A stretch of 58,932 nt of DNA from Porticoccus sp. (GTDB taxonomy: Bacteria; Pseudomonadota; Gammaproteobacteria; Pseudomonadales; Porticoccaceae), in the NCBI GenBank assembly GCA_041592135.1, contig JBFHQR010000001.1; one strand, 5' to 3'. A program made the translations under genes and the position numbers. This document shows, piece by piece, positions 51,501 to 58,932 of the stretch. The notes under the pieces are model-generated. The model had not been told where the DNA came from and made no database searches. It was given only the letters and a program-made list of their open reading frames with translations. Numbering within the stretch: position 1 is the stretch's first letter; each line of letters begins with the position of its first letter.

Positions 51501-52070
51501 GAATACCTGGATGAACTCAAACATTTTGTCGGTGCTCGCATCGCGGACCTGAAGCCGGATAAAAAAGCGCAGCTGGTGGCCGGCCTGGTGGTGGGCATGC
51601 GCATCATCAAAACCAAGCGCGGTGACAATATGGCGGTGATTACGCTGGATGACCGCAGCGGTCGCATTGAAGTGGCCATCTTTGCGGATATTTTCCGCGC
51701 GCATCGGGAGAAGATCGACAAGGATGCCCTGTTGGTGTTGGAAGGGCAGGTGTCCGAGGACGACTACACCGGTGGTCTGAAAATGCGCGCTGAATCGGTG
51801 CGCAATTTAGTTGAGGCGCGGGCCAATTACCTCAAGGGGATCGCTATCCAGCTCCATCGGGATAGATTGAGCGGAGCCTGCCTGGAGCAATTGGCGGATA
51901 TCATGTCCCCCTATCGCGAGGGTAGCTGTCCGGTGCGAATCCACTACCGTTCGGATTCGGCGGCGGGTGAAATTGCCCTCGGTGAGCAGTGGGCTGTGGC
52001 ACCGGAGGACGACCTGCTGCACAAATTGCGCGACCTGTTTGGCAACGGCGGCGTACAGTTGAGATTTTAA
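48576..52070 (+). CDS. dnaE: DNA polymerase III alpha subunit
   Basis: FVHLRLHSEYSL, GPGRGSGAGSLVAY, PDFDIDF and YGFNKSH. Confidence 0.98.
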   Translation: MEPSFVHLRLHSEYSLVDGMVRLKPLVKRVAELAMPAVALTDVCNFYGLVKFYKAAQGAGVKPICGADLQVASVVPDGNPFTVTLLVMNHQGYRNLTRIISRAFQEGQVQGKPFVQRHWISEAAEGLIVLIGRFGDVGQALLSAKDDQAKQLLSEWQREFPDRLYLELTRTGRGGEEDYLHRAVALAAAFDCPVVATNDVRFLEAEHFDAHEARVCIGEGRVLNDPRRERRYSEQQYLRSAAEMMELFSDIPEALENSVEIARRCSLELKFGEYFLPEYPIPEGMTTDGYFEKVSWDGLDERLSTLLDSSATDYQQQRQVYLDRLRFELDIIIQMGFPGYFLIVMDFIRWAKDNDIPVGPGRGSGAGSLVAYALGITDLDPLEYDLLFERFLNPERVSMPDFDIDFCMDNRDRVIAYVADRYGRDAVSQIITFGTMAAKAVVRDVARVQGKSYGLADKLSKMIPPDIGMTLEKAVAQEEVLREFLDNDEEAQEIWEMALQLEGVTRNVGKHAGGVVIAPTTLTDFAPLYCDEAGDGLVTQFDKDDVEQVGLVKFDFLGLRTLTIIDWAVKMVNQRRLAAGDPAVAIGAIPLDDPATYGLMQRAETTAVFQLESRGMKDLIKRVEPNCFEDIVALVALFRPGPLQSGMVDDFINRKHGRAEVAYPDSKFQHQSLKPVLEPTYGVIVYQEQVMQIAQVLAGYTLGGADMLRRAMGKKKPEEMAKQREIFEEGARKQGIDPDLAIKIFDLVEKFAGYGFNKSHSAAYALLAYQTAWLKQHHPAEFMAAVLSADMQNTDKVVTLIEECRSMKLAVLPPDVNRGHFMFTVSDAEEVIYGLGAIKGLGEGPVNSIMAAREEGGPFRDLFDFCARVDARRVNKRALEALIHSGALDTIGPEGEIGYRRAVMLGAMEEAVKMAEQHSRNADCGMSDLFGATPKESAPEIGYQAFRNQRSLSAKERLRGEKDTLGLYLTGHPVDEYLDELKHFVGARIADLKPDKKAQLVAGLVVGMRIIKTKRGDNMAVITLDDRSGRIEVAIFADIFRAHREKIDKDALLVLEGQVSEDDYTGGLKMRAESVRNLVEARANYLKGIAIQLHRDRLSGACLEQLADIMSPYREGSCPVRIHYRSDSAAGEIALGEQWAVAPEDDLLHKLRDLFGNGGVQLRF

Positions 52071-52163
52071 TCCGGGTAGGAATTACCCTGTGCTGTCAGT
52101 ACAATTGACAATCCTCCAGAGCGGAGTCGAACTCATCTTGAACACCATGGAAAAGCGGGCCCT

Positions 52164-53114
52164 ATGAATCTGAATTATCTCGATTTCGAGCAACCCATTG
52201 CAGAACTCGAAGCCAAGATCGAAGAACTGCAACTGGTCGGTAACGACAATGAAGTGAATATTACCGACGAGGTGGTGAAACTGCGGGATAAGAGTCAAAA
52301 GCTGACAGAAAAACTCTATTCTGACCTGACGCCCTGGCAAATTGTCCAGGTGGCCCGCCACCCGCAACGCCCGTATTCAATGGATTACATCAGACGAGTG
52401 TTCACGGATTTCGAAGAGCTGCACGGCGATCGTCACTTTGGCGATGACAGGGCCATCGTCGGTGGCGTTGCCCGACTCAATGGCAAGCCGGTGATGATCA
52501 TCGGCGAGGAAAAGGGCCGTGGGGTTAACGAAAAAGTCTTTCGCAATTTCGGTATGCCCAAGCCGGAAGGTTATCGCAAGGCCATGCGCCTGATGGAAAT
52601 GGCCGAGCGCTTCAAAATGCCGGTGTTGACCCTGATCGACACGCCCGGGGCTTATCCCGGCATCGATTCCGAGGAGCGGGGCATCAGCGAGGCGATTGCT
52701 CAGAACCTGGCGGTGATGTCGCGGCTCAGAACCCCCATTATCTGTACGGTGATCGGTGAAGGCAGTTCCGGTGGCGCACTGGCCATTGGCGTGGGTGACT
52801 ATCTGAATATGCTGCAGTACGCCACGTATTTTGTGATCTCGCCGGAGGGCTGTGCCAATATCATCTGGAAGACCACGGAAAAAGCACCGGATGCCGCTGA
52901 AGCCATGGGCGTGACCTCTTCCGTGCTGCTGGATTTGGGCATTATCGATGAGACTATCCCGGAACCCCTCGGCGGCGCCCACCGGGATATTGATGCCATG
53001 GCCGCCACCCTGCGCGAGCGCTTGTCAGCTCAGCTTGACCAACTGCAGGCGGTGCCCCTTGATGAATTGCTTGAGAAGCGCTATCAGCGGCTGATGAATT
53101 ACGGCAATTCCTGA
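52164..53114 (+). CDS. accA: Acetyl-CoA carboxylase carboxyltransferase alpha subunit
   Basis: [27 protein letters not shown] and ISPEGCA. Confidence 0.97.
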   Translation: MNLNYLDFEQPIAELEAKIEELQLVGNDNEVNITDEVVKLRDKSQKLTEKLYSDLTPWQIVQVARHPQRPYSMDYIRRVFTDFEELHGDRHFGDDRAIVGGVARLNGKPVMIIGEEKGRGVNEKVFRNFGMPKPEGYRKAMRLMEMAERFKMPVLTLIDTPGAYPGIDSEERGISEAIAQNLAVMSRLRTPIICTVIGEGSSGGALAIGVGDYLNMLQYATYFVISPEGCANIIWKTTEKAPDAAEAMGVTSSVLLDLGIIDETIPEPLGGAHRDIDAMAATLRERLSAQLDQLQAVPLDELLEKRYQRLMNYGNS

Positions 53115-53158
53115 TAGGTTAACCCTTGCCCAGGGCGCTTCCACGGGGCCCAACCATT

Positions 53159-54478
53159 TCAGTGCTGCGCGGACAAGACCACCAGAGTTCCCACTATGTT
53201 GTGGTGCAGCTCGATGGGCAGCGTCAGTTGTTTTTCGAGCCAGACTGGCATATTGGCTTTGGACAGGGGCAGTTCCAGATCCAGCGCCGGCAGTCGGCAC
53301 TGTGGACTCAACACCAAATCGGCGCCCAGTAGTTTGAGGGTGGGGTGGGCCTGTTGGTTGGCGCGCACCAGTCTGCCCCGACGATCGAAAGCCAGCAGCC
53401 CCTCTGTTTTCCAGCCGAGGAACATGGTGCGGGTGGCTTCGATCACCTGTTGGCGCGAATGGAAATAGTCTTTGGCCAGATTGGATTCAATCAACCTGGC
53501 TGCCATGATGGCAAAATCGAGCGCATTGCTTTGGTAGGTGTCTGTCAGGCCCGACAGATCCACGGCGCCCAGCACCTTGCCGTCGTGGGGATCGCGGATT
53601 ACATCCGCGGAGCAGGTCCAGTGCTTGATCCCGGCGCAAAAGTGTTCCGCACCGTAGAGTTGCACCGGTTCGGCCGCTGCCAGGGCGGTACCGACAGCGT
53701 TGGTGCCGGCGGTTTTCTCATCCCATACGCCCCCCTGTACAAGGTTGATGTCCCGGGCTTGGCTGAGCACCCCTTCATCTGCCTTGACATCGAGAATCAG
53801 ACCCTCTGCATCGGCCAGCAGGATCAGGCTGTCGGTACGAAACAGGACCTGTGACGCCCTCTGTAATATCGGGTGGGCGGCTTTCAGTAAGTCCGCCTGA
53901 ATAACCCGGCGATGTTCCAGTTGATCCGAGTCGGAGAGAAGGGGCGCATATTGCAATTCCGGGTCGGTCTGGGATTCGTAACACCTGCGCCAGGAATCCC
54001 CCACTACCGGCCTGATGAAGTCGCCCGGGTATTCCTCGTCTACCAGAAATTTTTCCCAGGCGGCCAGCAACTGGTTGTGTTGCTGTGGGTTGCTGAGCAT
54101 CTGGGTGCGGTCGCGCATTTGCGCGGTAGCCAGCGCCGCCTGTTCCCGGGTATAAAAATGACCCCGTTGTACAAAACCGGAAATGATGCCGGGGCGGACT
54201 GCAGTTACCTTGCCGTCGGAGAGCCGAGATGCCACCACATCGTTCGGCAGCCCATCCAGCACGTGCATGGGGGCTTCGTGGCCGTTGGCGAATTTGGAGT
54301 CGTAGACAGTGCCGCTTTCCATATCGTAGAAAGCGGGCTTGAAGCCATAGGCTCGGTTTTCTTCACTGATGCCACCTTTGCCACGGTAAAAGTCGTTCTC
54401 CTCCTGCAATCCTTCAAGAGTTAACGCGCCACGCTTGGTGGTTGTATCTTCTACCGTGTCGAACTTAATTGTGGACAT
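53159..54478 (-). CDS. Fusion protein: uncharacterised N-terminal domain + AcoR-type GAF (and PAS-like) region, no visible output domain
   Basis: SWRRC, WDEKTAGTNAVGTAL, GAEHF, WTCSA..IRDP and GAVDLSG are typical of the GAF input of sigma54 activators. No AAA+ (GESGTGKE/GAFTGA) or HTH motif. ATG 54478 has a GGAGGT RBS. Confidence 0.75.
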   Translation of the reverse strand: MSTIKFDTVEDTTTKRGALTLEGLQEENDFYRGKGGISEENRAYGFKPAFYDMESGTVYDSKFANGHEAPMHVLDGLPNDVVASRLSDGKVTAVRPGIISGFVQRGHFYTREQAALATAQMRDRTQMLSNPQQHNQLLAAWEKFLVDEEYPGDFIRPVVGDSWRRCYESQTDPELQYAPLLSDSDQLEHRRVIQADLLKAAHPILQRASQVLFRTDSLILLADAEGLILDVKADEGVLSQARDINLVQGGVWDEKTAGTNAVGTALAAAEPVQLYGAEHFCAGIKHWTCSADVIRDPHDGKVLGAVDLSGLTDTYQSNALDFAIMAARLIESNLAKDYFHSRQQVIEATRTMFLGWKTEGLLAFDRRGRLVRANQQAHPTLKLLGADLVLSPQCRLPALDLELPLSKANMPVWLEKQLTLPIELHHNIVGTLVVLSAQH

Positions 54479-54783
54479 CGACACCTCCGGGCTGAGTACA
54501 TCATTTATTACGGCGCCGATAGGCTGTTAGATTTTCAGGCTAACCAACGCGTTCCCGCCATGTCCCTTTGCTTAGAAGTATAGACACTGAAATGTCGATT
54601 ACGTCTCATAAGCGCACTGTTTATCAGTGTTTCCGACCGATTGGCCATTATATGGCGGCACCGGTTGGCGACTTGTTTTGACTTTGTGGCCTCAGTATCC
54701 GGACGACATTTTGCCTGGAGCGTTTCCTTGCCATAGGTGGTGTTAACCGGTACTTTACCAGCATCTCTGCTCCACCGGTATTT

Positions 54784-56112
54784 ATGGCCTTTACTCCCGA
54801 CTCTCTGGCTCCGTTCCTCCCCAGGTTGCACTGCGCAGAGCGCTGTTATGTGGGGTATAGCGGAGGTCTCGATTCCCATGTGCTGCTGCACGCCCTGGTG
54901 AGGTTACTGGGGTCAGGGGGCGTAACGCCTATCCATATCAATCATCAATTATCTCCCCATGCCGAGCAATGGCAACAGCACTGCCTGGCGCGCTGTCGGG
55001 ATCTGGGCGTCGATCTGTCGCTGGAAAAGGTGTCAGTCAACGTTGCGGGGCGAGGTCTCGAAGACGCGGCCAGGGCGGCCCGTTACCAGGTGTTTGAACA
55101 ATACCTGCAGCCCTCTTCACTGTTGTTGCTGGGGCACCACGCCGATGACCAGGCGGAAACAGTCCTCTACCGGCTGTTGCGGGGCAGTGGACCCCGCGGC
55201 CTTGCCGGTATTCCCGTCAGCCGTGCGCTGGGCGCGGGCGAACTGCTGCGCCCGTTGCTCAATTTCACGCGCCGGGAATTACAAGCCTATGCCGAACAAC
55301 ATGAGTTGGTCTGGGTGGAGGATGAAAGCAACGACGAAACGGCATTTGATCGCAATTTCATTCGCCATCGGCTGCTGCCTCCGCTGGCAGAGCGCTGGCC
55401 CGATTACGCCAGCCGGATTGCCCACAGCGCTTCGCGATGCCGGGACAATGAACAGTTGGTGGCCATGCTGGCGGCACAGGACCTGATGGGGGTCTGCGAG
55501 CGCCCCGAGCGGCTCGGCTGGAGTGTCGACCTGGAGGCATTGCAGGGGCTCGACGAACTGCGTCAGGCCAATCTGCTGCATTATTGGCCCGGCCATCACC
55601 ATCTGCCCCGTCCGGGACATCGGGCGGTGGATGCAATCCTGAATGAGTTGTTACCCGCCAGGGAGGATGCTGAACCGCTGGTCAGCTGGAGTGGGGCACA
55701 GCTGCGGCGGTTCCGGCGGCGCCTTTACTTGCTGCCGAGGTCTGGTGAGACGCCAATGCCGCCTTCCGAAACGATTGCCTGGGACCCCTCCGGGCCGCTT
55801 GTGTTGCCGGATGGCAGTCGACTGGAGGTCAGTGTTGTGCCCGGAAGGGGGGTGTTTTTCCCCGCCGACGCCAAGGTGGAAATTCGTTATCGGCGGGGCG
55901 GTGAGCGCTGCAAACCACTGGGGCGCAGTGGCTCCAACACACTGAAAAAGTTATTCCTGGAATACGGTCTGGAACCCTGGTTGCGGGATCGGGTGCCGCT
56001 GATTTACGTTGATGGCGCGTTGGCTGTCGTGGCGGATCTGTGGATTTGTGAAGGTTTTGCCGCCGCTCCGGCTCAGTCCGGCACTGTCATTGAATGGTCA
56101 TTTCCCGAGTAA
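54784..56112 (+). CDS. tilS: tRNA(Ile)-lysidine synthetase
   Basis: PP-loop SGGLDS, HHADDQAET, RPLL and DESN..FDRNFIR. Confidence 0.95.
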   Translation: MAFTPDSLAPFLPRLHCAERCYVGYSGGLDSHVLLHALVRLLGSGGVTPIHINHQLSPHAEQWQQHCLARCRDLGVDLSLEKVSVNVAGRGLEDAARAARYQVFEQYLQPSSLLLLGHHADDQAETVLYRLLRGSGPRGLAGIPVSRALGAGELLRPLLNFTRRELQAYAEQHELVWVEDESNDETAFDRNFIRHRLLPPLAERWPDYASRIAHSASRCRDNEQLVAMLAAQDLMGVCERPERLGWSVDLEALQGLDELRQANLLHYWPGHHHLPRPGHRAVDAILNELLPAREDAEPLVSWSGAQLRRFRRRLYLLPRSGETPMPPSETIAWDPSGPLVLPDGSRLEVSVVPGRGVFFPADAKVEIRYRRGGERCKPLGRSGSNTLKKLFLEYGLEPWLRDRVPLIYVDGALAVVADLWICEGFAAAPAQSGTVIEWSFPE

Positions 56113-56294
56113 TTCGCATTGAGCGCACAGCAGCTTTCTGGTAGTCTGACATCCCATCTTGAAGTGGATGGGCGCCGGTCTGCAGTTGTTCTAACCCGTA
56201 GCCAAGTTTGCATGATTTATCAATAACATACCTTTCATGAGGTGTGGGTTCGGCATTTTTCAAAGTAGTCTTCAAAGTGTTCGGAAGGGTCTAG

Positions 56295-58781
<2,487 letters not shown>

Positions 58782-58853
58782 CCCTGGAGAAGCGGTTTTT
58801 TAAGTACAGTGGCCGCGCCAGGTCGCCGCTGTAAATGTTTGAGGGAGAACTAG

Positions 58854-58932
58854 ATGACCAAAATTACCGACATCCGCGCCTACGAAATACTGGATTCCCG
58901 GGGCAACCCCACCGTGGAAGCAGACGTGATTC
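58854..58932 (+). CDS. eno: Enolase N-terminus (cut by window edge)
   Basis: MTKITDIRAYEILDSRGNPTVEADVI; follows kdsA. Confidence 0.93.
   Translation, partial: MTKITDIRAYEILDSRGNPTVEADVI

Noticed and set aside
48576-52070. Intein or split in dnaE
   Set aside because: Normal length (1164 aa), continuous motifs and no intein signatures.
54535-54891. 118-aa ORF upstream of the GAF fusion gene
   Set aside because: It overlaps the tilS start on the opposite strand and has no motifs; more likely a divergent promoter region.

Overview
GC-rich chromosomal window from a Gammaproteobacterium. Gene content and order tentatively suggest a marine Cellvibrionales/Pseudomonadales-like organism. The right ~32 kb is the conserved core block dapC-glnD-map / rpsB-tsf-pyrH-frr-uppS-cdsA-dxr-rseP-bamA-skp-lpxD-fabZ-lpxA-lpxB-rnhB-dnaE-accA-tilS-pyrG-kdsA-eno. 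Two accessory genes interrupt it: a wax ester synthase/DGAT between rnhB and dnaE, and an unusual GAF fusion protein with no visible output domain between accA and tilS. The left part holds four notable elements. (i) A pxpB-pxpC-DUF4392(D-glutamate cyclase-like)-dat-alr cluster that could be an undescribed D-glutamate/5-oxo-D-proline utilisation pathway. (ii) An ectR / ectABC-ask ectoine operon extended by a tightly coupled METTL21-like methyltransferase and a sodium:solute symporter, with a candidate EctR operator. (iii) A Vibrio-type purC, fabV, lpxL and dapA-bamC. (iv) An AT-rich intergenic element with three clustered DnaA boxes plus IHF- and Fis-like sites, resembling a DARS2 DnaA-reactivating sequence. 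No rRNA, tRNA, CRISPR array, transposase or prophage gene was seen. All product calls rest on recognised motifs and synteny, not database searches. Several start codons were moved from the ORF track using RBS position and expected N-termini.
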